Assembly (NCBI RefSeq): GCF_009914755.1
Contig: NC_060932.1
Reading direction: 5' to 3' (one strand)
From: the human T2T-CHM13v2.0 reference genome, Homo sapiens
DNA: 64,000 nt
The stretch's first letter is position 1. Every line of letters begins with the position of its first letter. A program made the position numbers and the translations under genes. Below the pieces are notes generated by a model, which was given only the letters and a program-made list of their open reading frames with translations, made no database searches and was not told where the DNA came from. Positions 49,957-64,000 of the stretch are shown here, piece after piece.

Positions 49957-50829
49957 TAAAGCAGCATGAAGTCATCATAGAATAACAATGTAATTCTTCA
50001 AAACTATGCTAACACAATTTAAAAGATTTACTAAAATATCACCCAAAAAGGCAAAATCAAATATAACTAGAAGGCAGGTCTCAATTGATAAATCTGAAAT
50101 TAGATAATAAACCCACCAAAATTATTTTGGGGATATATTTGCATGCCTACATCATGTTTATAAAAATTGAATTAGATAAAAAAAGAAAGAAGAATGAGGA
50201 GATGAGAAGAGGAGATAAAAAGAAATAGACTCCAGTAGACTATGTAAATATTCATCAGTGTGGAACTATACTGTCACAGGAATAAGAGTTTAGTCATGTT
50301 TACCATTAACAAATACCCAGAGGGTAAGTTTTCTGTGGATCTTCCTAGGTTTCTGAGTAACTGAAATGAACTTTCATCTTTGAGGTCAATTCCTGTTAGG
50401 TAGGAGACTAGGAAGTAAAAATGGGAAATGTAGTCCTTGGCTTTCCTCTATATCACTGTAGCAAAGTAAGAGTGTGCTCCTTGTGGATTTCCAGTCAAGA
50501 AATGGCCCCGTTATTTTTCTATCTTTTAAAAAGGACAACAAGGAAAAAGAGAAGATAGAGGTGAAAAATCACATACTGCCCAAGCAAAAAGGACTATAGG
50601 ATTATAAATCACCTAATAAAAGGCCCATCTTCAAGAAAGAGAAACCTAAACAGTCAAAATCATAGAACACTAGTTCAAATTTTAAGATGTTTCTTTATCT
50701 TCACAATGATGAAGACGATCATTTAATATTAACAACATGTCTGAGGCATTAAAGTCTACAACCTAATTCTATCCTTGGCTAAGATAAATACATAAGAATA
50801 ATTAACCATTTACTATTTACCTGAAGTGC

Positions 50830-50834
<5 letters not shown>

Positions 50835-50876
<42 letters not shown>
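50835..50876. repeat. (CA)n(TA)n microsatellite
   Basis: Visible directly. Confidence 0.95.
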
Positions 50877-52278
50877 AAATTCACATGTACACATATATAT
50901 ACATTTACATCACATACACACAACACATAAATGCCACAATAAAATGTTTCATTCACTCACTCAACAAGTATTTCCTGGAAAGAGTATATACTAGACACTC
51001 TAAATCTCTACGGTGGTTATTAGGACCCACGTCTTACACATGAGTAGGCAAAACATTAGGAAGGTTAGTGACTACCCCCAAGAGGTCAAAGAACCAGTTA
51101 GTTCAGTGGCAAAACCATGATTCTTACTCAGATCTCTGAATAAGCACAGTATTCTTTTCAGTTCCCCACAGCCCTGTATTGTGTAATAGTAAAAGTACAA
51201 AGAGAAAGGAGAATAAAGAGGAGGGGGATTGTTAAAAGAGCTGGTGGGACAGACAAAATATTTGGACAAAAAGAGAAAATTCAGCTGCATCAGCTTCCAC
51301 TGCCTGTATTTCAACTAAGTCTTTGGGATAAGCTAATATAGAACTAAGAATTTTTAATTGTGGGGTTTTGTCCCAATAATGCCGTTGATTATTTGTATTC
51401 AGGTAAGTCGGTTCATCTTCCTGGGCCTCAGTTTTCTCCAATGCAAAGTGAAGAGACGAATCTAAATGATCTCAAAGGCCTCTTTACTTCAAAACTTATG
51501 TTTCCATAATACTTGCAATGGGGAAAAATAATCATTACTTTATATACTTGCTGTTGTGAGGAAAGAAGTCACCTCTATGTCTCAACTTTCACATCTACTA
51601 CACTATACTTTGATTCGGATTACTTGTCCTTCCCCTCACCAAATGAGAAGCTCTGTGATGACAGTTTTATCTTTAGGCCCAACCCATAAAAGGCAATCAA
51701 GAAATACCTGCTGAGTGAACAGTCAAAAGAACAATCAGATACAATCTAGGTTTCTTTTTTTTTAACGTGATTTTTAAAATTGCATTCATCAGTGTGAAAA
51801 TTAACTGATTGAATGGAACTTTCACTAGTAAAATTTGGACTTTGCATGAAATCTTACCATTCAATATTTTTACACACTAATGCTTGTGATCAAGGCATAC
51901 AGTCCTCAAATTAGAAGTATAATCATAGTCCAGATTAATACATTTACTAATTTCTCTCCTTACTAAAAAGTCAGATTTTATTCAAAATTATACACATGTA
52001 TGTGTAATGTATACACATACAATTTAGATATGTTTCCTTCAACACATGTACAGTATTTTTATTACTGTATTCTTAGAATTATTCATTTACATATGAAATA
52101 ATTCCCAAACTATATTGTTATTTGACTTCAACATTATCTCTTATGTCAGATTATATATCTCAAGAATAATGTATACTTTCACCTAAAACTTTTAAAACAA
52201 AATTTAAACTTCAAATTCACACACAAAAAACATTTTGACAGTAAAAACAGAAAATTCAAATTATTTTTAAAATCTTAC

Positions 52279-52560
52279 TTGGCGTATATGGGTCATGGCG
52301 TGGTTTGCAGTTTTGGAAATCATTCTGTCTATTTTCCTTTGAACTTGGTTTACAAACACTTTTGAAAGGGTTAGAGAAACATTTCCTGGCAACCTGAGAA
52401 GAATGCGAGATAGCAGTACTTCCTCCTCCAAGCTGAAAACACCTGCCACTGCTGAAGTCATCTGGAGAGATTACACCCATGACTTCTATTTCTTTTCCAC
52501 AAATCATCAGTGTTTGGCCCTCTTCAATCTTTTCAAGCTCTTTGAATTTATAACCAATGC
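52279..52560 (-). CDS. RAD54B: RAD54B exon 5 (282 bp)
   Basis: (G)IGYKFKELEKIEEGQTLMICGKEIEVMG...KPRHDPYTP. Canonical AG/GTAAG boundaries, and phase joins exons 4 and 6. Confidence 0.95.
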
Positions 52561-54199
52561 CTTTAAGTTAAGAAAGAAAAAAATTAATTGACACTCTATG
52601 ATACCACGGTCACCTTCCCGTAACTGTACAAAAAAACTGCACTTTGAATGTAAATAGTCTTATATAATGCATTAGCCAAAATGGAAGCATAATTTAACAT
52701 TTTGGTTAAAAAAAAACATTGAAAATCAAAAGAAATAATACAGCTATCAAATTAGCCATGCTTTAGAGAAAGCAAGAATTTTTTTACTATTGAAAATATA
52801 GATTATTGTACTCTATAGTTTTGCCATCTCTTGTCCGGAAAAATTAAGCCAAGAAAATAGTTTGATAGGCTATATGTATCCTCCTTTCTTGTAAATAAAC
52901 TACAGAAACATCATGGTACCTCTATTTTCACTTAGAAACAGCTAGAAATGTGAAGGAGAACTAGCAATAAAAGCAACTGCTACCACAACTAGTACTGACT
53001 GTTCCACATGAGATAGCAAAGTTAAAATACAGTTGTGGCAAGAGGTCACAGATATTCCATGTTCTAACTCTTTAATAAAACATGGAATATTTTGTAATAT
53101 TAAGCTTGTTTGAATTATTATTAATTTGATGAACATTTATTAAGTGTTGCTGTGTAAAGGTGCTGATGAAATATAAGTATGGATAAGTCAGTCATGGGCT
53201 GCTTAAAATGAGTTCACTAACCACATAGATGGCATTTTAGACTTCCATGCTTGTCTATTAAATGCATTAAACTATTAAATGTGTAGTTATTGTGCCATTA
53301 CCAAGCAAAGGAGCTGTGTATACCAGAAACTTTTAAGTCTCTAAAAATAATAATAAAAGACTGCCACATTTTAGAAAATATGATGACCCTTTTCAAGTAG
53401 TTGAAAATTACTAAAATTTTCTCTACTGAAACTGGCCTAAAATTTATAATCTGTGCCAATCTGTATTTAATATATAGTCTTAAATTATTTATGGTGGAAT
53501 ACTTTTTAATTGTAATGCTCTGATATAGGAAGAAATTACTTAGCTCAATGTCAAAGACCCATCACTCCATCCCAAATCAGTATTGGTCTTCACTTATCCA
53601 AATTAATGAAGATTATAGTTTTATCTTCACATAAAATCCAATTACTGTTAATCTCAGTTTTACATGGAAATGGAAGACAAGAATAACCTTTTAACTTTGA
53701 GGTACCTTTAAAGTAGCTCTAATTCCAAGATCTCTCATTTCATTTAGATCCATAGATGATCTTGATCCAAAGGTGACTCTTTCAAACATCTCAGTCGCTA
53801 GAAGCTTTTCTTTTACTCTTAAACTTTGTTTCACATACTGGTTTTTTTTTTTTCCTAGGTATTATGCAATGATGGCCAACTGAGCCTGATGCATTATCAC
53901 AAGCTATTAGCAATTTTAGCATTCCAGCTTTCAGTTTTCTTAGCACCTCTATCTTTACATTAACAAATTTACATATTGTATATCCCAGTTATTTAAAAGA
54001 AAAACTGCTTATAGACAGTAACTTGCAAAATTAACTTCAGGTTAATACATTTATTAATGTTATAATTAAGCAACCAAGTCCTATGTTTGGATATTTTCAT
54101 TTTGAAAACCCTAAAATATACCTATGTTCAGTCCCTCTCCCTACCATACAGGCCAAATAAATCAGAGCCTCAAAGAAAGGTCAGAGTCTGGGCATCGGC

Positions 54200-54502
<303 letters not shown>

Positions 54503-55080
54503 TTAAAAGCACCTCAGGTGATTCTACTGGCATGGTCAGGGTAAAAACCCACTGTTTTAAGCCTAATTTTCATTTTTTGTTACTTGCAACTGAAAGATCA
54601 TTTTATTATAAACTACACATATGCAAAACCATGCACACTATACCTTAGGGGTAAAAGATATTCCAAAGTAATTGTGATAATTTTTCCTCTCTCACTGACT
54701 TTAGAATTTCACTAAAGAGGCAATACCAATGCATGAACAAATTCTCCAAAAATCTAGCCCCAATCGACCTTAACCAACATAGAATGTGTACTATATATTT
54801 TTCTTTTTACTTCCCCAATCACTATACACAGTTGTTCCATATTTTTATAATAAATAAAACATTCTATTGTAGATAATTTAGTTTGCTTCAACTCTTAACA
54901 CTGTCACGGCCTTTCATACACTACATTCCTGAAACACTGAACTAGTTTGAATTCCTTCCTGCTTTTGTGCCTTTACATGTGCTATTCTCTCTTGCACATG
55001 GCCCTTACCTATAACCTCCAAAACTATTCATCCTTCAAATAGTATCTTAAACGGTAACTCCTATCAAGCTTACCCCTAGC

Positions 55081-55160
55081 CTCCTGTGCAGATTAAATGG
55101 TTCTTTTATGCTCCCACTGCTTCCTGGGCAGATTAAATGGTTCTTTTATGCTCCAACTGC
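55081..55160. repeat. 40-bp tandem duplication, 37/40 identical
   Basis: Units at 55081-55120 and 55121-55160. Confidence 0.9.
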
Positions 55161-55961
55161 ATTTAGTAAAACTTCTCATTGAAACAACTGTATTATTGCT
55201 TCCTAATCATCAATTACTTTGCTTTGTTCCCACTAAATTATAAATTATAATCATCTTTGGTATTCCTAGCATACTGCCTGGCACATAATAGTTATTAAAA
55301 ACTATAAACTATATTTTTAAGTAAATAAACATATAGAACAGATTTTATAGTTATAGGTCACACTCAAAATTGAACTGAGACAATGCAAAGACACTGTAGT
55401 TGGTGTTAGCCATTCTTAATTTGTAGCCTAACTTGTATTACTACAAATTATGCTGGCAACATTTTGTAACAGAAACAATGGCAACCTCCAATTTCCATAT
55501 GTTAATCTAGGTCAGGCCTAACCATTATCTCCTTGCTCTGTTTTTCAAAACATTATTGAGTAGTGCTGAAATTACATATCATTCAACTTGATATCAACAT
55601 ATTTTTCAATTTTAACCACTTAGCATTCTTAAAAAGAGAGAGAGAGAAAGTATACCAAGTCAAATTTAGTGTTTAAGCTCAGAAAAGTACCAAAATAACT
55701 ATATATAGCTGGCTGGCCATTTTTGGAGAAAATGAAACCATAGGATAGGATTTGCTTCACTGAGCTAGCATAAACCATAAGATTGTCAGGCTCACTAACC
55801 ATTATGAGATTATTTTATGTATTATACACAGTTGAGGCATGAACATCCATTAAAGAATACCTTATCATCTCTTTATAAAACCCAATTACATTTCAATTAT
55901 GTAACCGGAGATACATACTAATTTCAGGCCAAACTGTAAACATTAGGTAGTATCATAATAC

Positions 55962-56156
55962 CTCTTCCAATGTCTTTGCCTTCCAAATTCTTTAATATAA
56001 ATGACTTTCCTTTTACAATAAGAACAGCATCACCTTCCCACTTTTTATGTTTTTTCTTTGAAGGCTTACACCAAACAACACTGAAATATTTAACTAGGCT
56101 ATCAGATTTCTCTTCTTGTTCCTTGGACACTGCTACTTCTTTAGGAGCCGAATGAA
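55962..56156 (-). CDS. RAD54B: RAD54B exon 4 (195 bp), N-terminal region with basic patch KPSKKKHKK
   Basis: Translates (V)HSAPKEVAVSKEQEEKSDSLVKYFSVVWCKPSKKKHKKWEGDAVLIVKGK...DIGR(G). AG acceptor (plus ct 56157-8), GT donor (plus ac 55960-1), phase 1-1. Confidence 0.95.
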
Positions 56157-56584
56157 CTACAATTAAAAAAAAAACACACATTATTAAAAATGACTTTAAT
56201 GTCTAAGTAGTAAGGTCATTCAAACAAAACCAAAAGGCACAAGAAAATTAGATTATATTAAGAAATAGTATGAAAGAATATTTGATCATACTCATGTTAG
56301 CATTTTATAAACTAAGAAATCCAAATATCAGGTGTTAATATTACCAGATGAGTATAATTACTACAAATGTCTTACTGTTCCGAAGTCAAATAAACTCAAA
56401 TGAAGTAGAATAACATAATAATCACTGTAAACATTTTAAAACTCTAAAAATTAAGAAATTATTTCAATGTCTATAGCATGGAAAAATATCTAAAATCACA
56501 TTTTGACAAAACTGATTTAATTAAGTAACATGACAAGCTGAGGAAAGGCAAAGATTACAGAGTTCTCTGAAAGTAAAACCTGAA

Positions 56585-57262
56585 ATTTTTGTTTATTTAA
56601 TTGATAAACAAAAATTATATATATGTAGGTGCACAACATTCTGTTTTGATATATGTATACACTGTGGGATGGCTAAATCAAACTAATTAATATTATCCAT
56701 TACCTCACATACTTTTTGTGGTGAAAACATTTTTTAAAATGCTACTTTCTTAGCATTTTTCAAGTATACATTGTTATTAACTATAGTCACCATGTTATAC
56801 AATAGATTTCTTGAACTTATTCCTCCTTAACTGAAATTTCGGATCCTTTGACCAACATCTCCCCAATGCCCCACCTCTATCCAACTCTAGGTAACCATCA
56901 TTCTACTTTCTGTTTCTAAGAGTTTGACTTTTTTGAATTCCACACATAAGTGAGATCACACAATAATTGTCTTTCTGTGTCCAGCTTATTTCACTGAGCA
57001 TAATGTCCTCCGGGTTTACCCATGTTGTCACAAGTGACAGGATTGCCTTCTTTTTAAAGGCTGAGTAGTGTTCTACTGTGTACCTATACCAAGAAGTTTT
57101 TAATCCATTCATCCATTGATGGACACTTAAGTTGACTTCACATCTTGGCTACTGTGAAAAATACTCCAAGGAACATGGGAATGCAGATATCTCTTCAACA
57201 TGCCAATTTCATTTTTTTTTTTTGGCTATATACCCAGAAGTGAAAGTGTTGGATCATATGAT
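56585..57262 (-). mobile_element. L1MA-type 3' end, in the same orientation as RAD54B
   Basis: Reverse L1MA 3'UTR and ORF2 tail (TWVNPEDIMLSEIS). Confidence 0.8.
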
Positions 57263-58665
57263 ATGTTACTTTTTCAAATAAGAACAAGTATAAAACAGCA
57301 AAGTAGAAATGAGAATAAATATTATTAAAATTACGTTGTCTCCTGCTTCTTACACCTAACTTGCACACACTAGATTTTCAGTGGCTGGATAAAAGGTGGT
57401 TTAGCTGAAGACAGCAAAATCTCATTCCCGCCATTACTGAAGAGCTCTTCACTATGTCTTTTACGTCATACACACTTGAACCATGGAAACTATCAAAACA
57501 ATAAAATTTTAAAAACAAAATGAAGTAATTTTTTTTCCTTTTTACTATTTTCCTACTTACTTAAATAGGAATAAGGCAACAAAAGCATATAAAGTATAAA
57601 GATCAGAAAGGAAGAAATAAAACCGGAGCATTTACAGATAATTTAACTATTTACATAGAAATCCCCAGAGAATCTAAAAATAAAGAAGAATAAATTTAGC
57701 AGAGTCACAAGATGCAAGGTTCATATGCAAAAATCAACTGTATTCTTATAGACTAGCAAGGAATAATCAAAAATAAAATTTTTTAAATTCCATTCACAGT
57801 AGCTCCAAAAAACAGACATGTGAAATACTTGGGAAAATATCTAACAAAAGATAACCCAGATCTCTACACTAAAATTAAAAAGCTTTGTTGAAAAAAAATT
57901 AACAAAGCTCTTATAAATAAGCACAGCTCCTATTTCATGAATTGGAACATTCAATTTTGTTAAGATAGTAATTTTCCCCAAAACGATCAATATATTTAAC
58001 ACAATACCAATCAAAATCCCAGGACATTTTTAGTAAAATTGGCAAGTTGATTTAAAAATTCATATGGAAATAAAAGTAACGTAGACTAACCAAAGCAATT
58101 TTTGAAAAGAACAAAGTTGGATGTTTACAATAATGCTGCGATAATCAAGATAGTTTGGTACTGCCCTTCCTCTCCAAAAAAGACATATAGACATTCCAAT
58201 GCATTGGAAGAGAAGCAAGAAATAGAACTATTCACACATATACGGCGAAATTATTTTCAACAAAGGTAGGGAAGCAAATTCAATGAGGAAAGGAAAGTCT
58301 TTTCAACAAACATTGCTAAACCAACTGGATACACATTTGGAAAAGATAAACATCAACCATTAAGTCACCCCATATACAAAATTCAACTCAAAATGAATGA
58401 TAGACCTAAATGTAAAACCTAAAACAAAAAATCTCTAATAGAAAACACAGGATAAAATATTTGTAACCTCAGGATATACAAAGCTTTCTTAGAATACAAA
58501 AGCACGAAACATAAAAATCAAAAATTATTAATCAACTTTTATCAGAATTTAAAACTTTTGCTTTTTGAAAGATGCCATTAAAAAAACAAAAGGGAAGCCA
58601 CTGGCTGGGGTAAAATATTCACAGCATATGAATAAGACAAAGGTCTTGTATCCAGAATAATTATT

Positions 58666-58971
<306 letters not shown>

Positions 58972-59004
58972 TAAGAATTCTTATAGTTTAAAAATAAGAC
59001 AACA

Positions 59005-61372
<2,368 letters not shown>

Positions 61373-64000
61373 AAAAATAAGACAACAAACAAATCAATAG
61401 AAAACAGGCAAAAATCTTAGACAATTCAGAAAATGATATATACAAACAACCAATAAGCACATAAAAAGATATTTAACATCATTAGTCATCCAGAAAATAC
61501 ATATTAAAAACCTGAAATACCACTTCACAACCATTAGGATGGCTGGAATCGCAAAGTCAGATAATAAACAAGTGTGATGCGTATGTGGAGAAATCAAAAC
61601 CCTCATACCCTGCTGGTAGGAGTATAAAATGGTGCAGCACTTTGGAAAAACCAGCATGACAGTTGCTCAAACAATTAAACAAGAGTTACCAAATGACACA
61701 GCAATTACACTCCTAAGTATATGCCCAAAAGAATAATAACATATGTCCACAAAAAAACTTGCATATGAATGTTTATAGCTAGGATTATTAATAATAGCCG
61801 ACAGGTAGAAACAACCCAAATGTGCATTCAACTGACAAAGGATAAACAAAATGTGGCATATGCATACAATGGAATATAATTCCATCATAGAAAAAGAACA
61901 AAGTACTAATACATGCTAAAACACGGATGAACCCTGAAAACATTTATGCTAAGTGAAAGAAGCCAGTCACAAAGGCCATATATTTTAGGATTCCATTCAT
62001 ATAAAATGTCTAGAACAGCAAAATCTTACAGAGACAGAAAATAGATTAATGGTTGCTTAGGCTGGAGGGTAAGGATGGGGTTAGGAAGCAGGGTGGTGGT
62101 AGCTAAAGGTAAAAAGTTTCTTTCTGAGGTATTGAAAATATTCTGCAACTGGCTGTTCTGATGGTTGCACATTAACTGTGACTATATTAAAAAACAATGA
62201 ATTGTACACTTTACATGACTGAATCATAGGGTATGTTAATTGCATCTCAATAAAGCTGTTTAAAACACACACACACAATGAAATAACACCACATCTTGAT
62301 TATACTGACTAAAATTAAAAAAAAAAAAAACTGACCACAGTAAGTGCTAATAAAGATATAGAGCAACTGAAAATATCATATCCTGCTGGAAGGAATGTCA
62401 AACAGTACAACTAGTTTGGAAAATGGTTTCGCAGACTCTTTAAAAGTTAAACATACACCTACCATAACCAGCCATTACACTGCTAGGTATTCACCAAAAT
62501 AAAAGAAGAAGAGGAAGAAAGAAAAAGAAGACATATGTCTGGAAAAAAAAAAACTTGTACATCTCCAAGCCAGGTAAATCAACCTGCCAAATGCCTGAAA
62601 ATTTATCACTACTAGAATTCAGATAAATTGTATCTTCATTACTGGCATTCATGGATTTAGAAAGTGAGTCTTGGCTATCTTCAACCAGTAAATTATACTC
62701 AGAACCACCAAAGTTGTTTTCTGAGAAAACAAATGATTCATACCCAGCTTGAGTCAGCTCTGTCTGGCATGACCCAATGAACTCTGATCAGTTCCTGAAA
62801 GGATTCAGTCTGCTAGAGCCCTCAGCAGGAACCAAGAAGACAAAGGACTTAAGTGCAGCTCCTCCAGTTTTCTGACCTTCCTTCCCTAATGAGAGTGTAT
62901 GGATAACACGTCATTTTTCAGATACTTTTTTGGGGGAAATGTGCTTCTAAATGTCCCAGTAGATGTAGTGGATAGTTTTTTACCCTTCTCTTTTCATATG
63001 TTATTGTGGATATATTTCTACATATTATTAGTCCCTTATTACTGGACTTTTTTTTTAAGCTCTATCATATTCAATCTGTGCATCTCTGGTTATTTGTGGA
63101 AGATAAAGTCCAAGAAATGAAATTACCAGTCCAATGAATTTAAAGATTTTCAGATTCTTGATTTAGACTGACAAATTTTTCTCCATGAAAGGTTGTATCA
63201 ATGATATTCCCACCAAGCAAGGGTGTCCACTTCATTACACCCATTACACCTACATTAGCACAAAACATCACCTTTATCCATTTTTAACTATTGTTTTTAA
63301 ATTTTCATACAGTAAAATAGACTTTTTCTTTTGATGTACAGCTCTACAAATTTGAACACATATATAGATTCACAGAACCACCATGACCACAATCAGGATA
63401 TAGAATCGTTCCATCATCCCGAAAGACTCCCTCATGCTATTGCTTTATACTCACACCCTCCCCTTACCCAAAACCCCTGCAGTTACTGACCTGTTTTCCA
63501 TGAATATTGTTTTCTTTTTGAGAACGTCGAATAAATGGAATCATACAGTATACAACCGTTTCAAAAATGATTTCTCCCATTCAGCATAATGTCTTTGGGA
63601 TTCATCCCAAATTGTTGCCTGTATCAACAATTTGTTCCTTATTATTATATAGGATAGTGACAGACAGTTGAGTTTTCAGCTTAATTTTGATAGCTTTGAC
63701 TATCATAAAGCTTCTATGAACTTTTTCTGTGAATTCATCTTTATCAATTTAATTGGCAGAAATGATATCTCCTTAATGCTGCAATTTGAATTTGATTAGT
63801 GATAGGATATTTTTAAATGTATCTTCATTTCCTCTTTGCTAGACTCTCCTAATTTCACACTACACTTAAAGAAGGTACCTGAGAAAAAAAGAAAAGATTC
63901 TCATATCTTTAAAGTTTTAATCTGACCAGAAAACCCTCAACATTCAGCCGACATATTGCCAATATGTAGAATCTAATCCCTGAATTTTACTTAAAATATT

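Overview
Primate (most likely human) genomic DNA, AT-rich and repeat-dense. The minus strand carries the last 12 exons (4-15 by my recollection of the reference numbering) of RAD54B, a SNF2-family DNA translocase for homologous recombination. All boundaries are GT-AG with consistent phases, and the 2429 coding bp end at a TAG at 17061 with an AATAAA at 16871. Bases 56157-64000 are the upstream intron, which continues past the window, and 1-16850 is downstream intergenic DNA. Repeats include many Alus (one near-pristine AluY), a near-full-length Tigger1, smaller Tigger/MER elements, MaLR/ERVL solo LTRs and a 5'-inverted L1PA. No rRNA, tRNA or CRISPR was seen, and I found no convincing new biological system. 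The best leads are an exact 23-bp copy of the exon-14 splice acceptor inside intron 14, a second short locally templated copy, a coding-looking island at 62.5-62.9 kb, a MEIS/PBX motif cluster at 11.8 kb, and inverted Alus around the in-frame exon 10. Repeat subfamily calls are from memory of consensus sequences, and most repeat ends are approximate.
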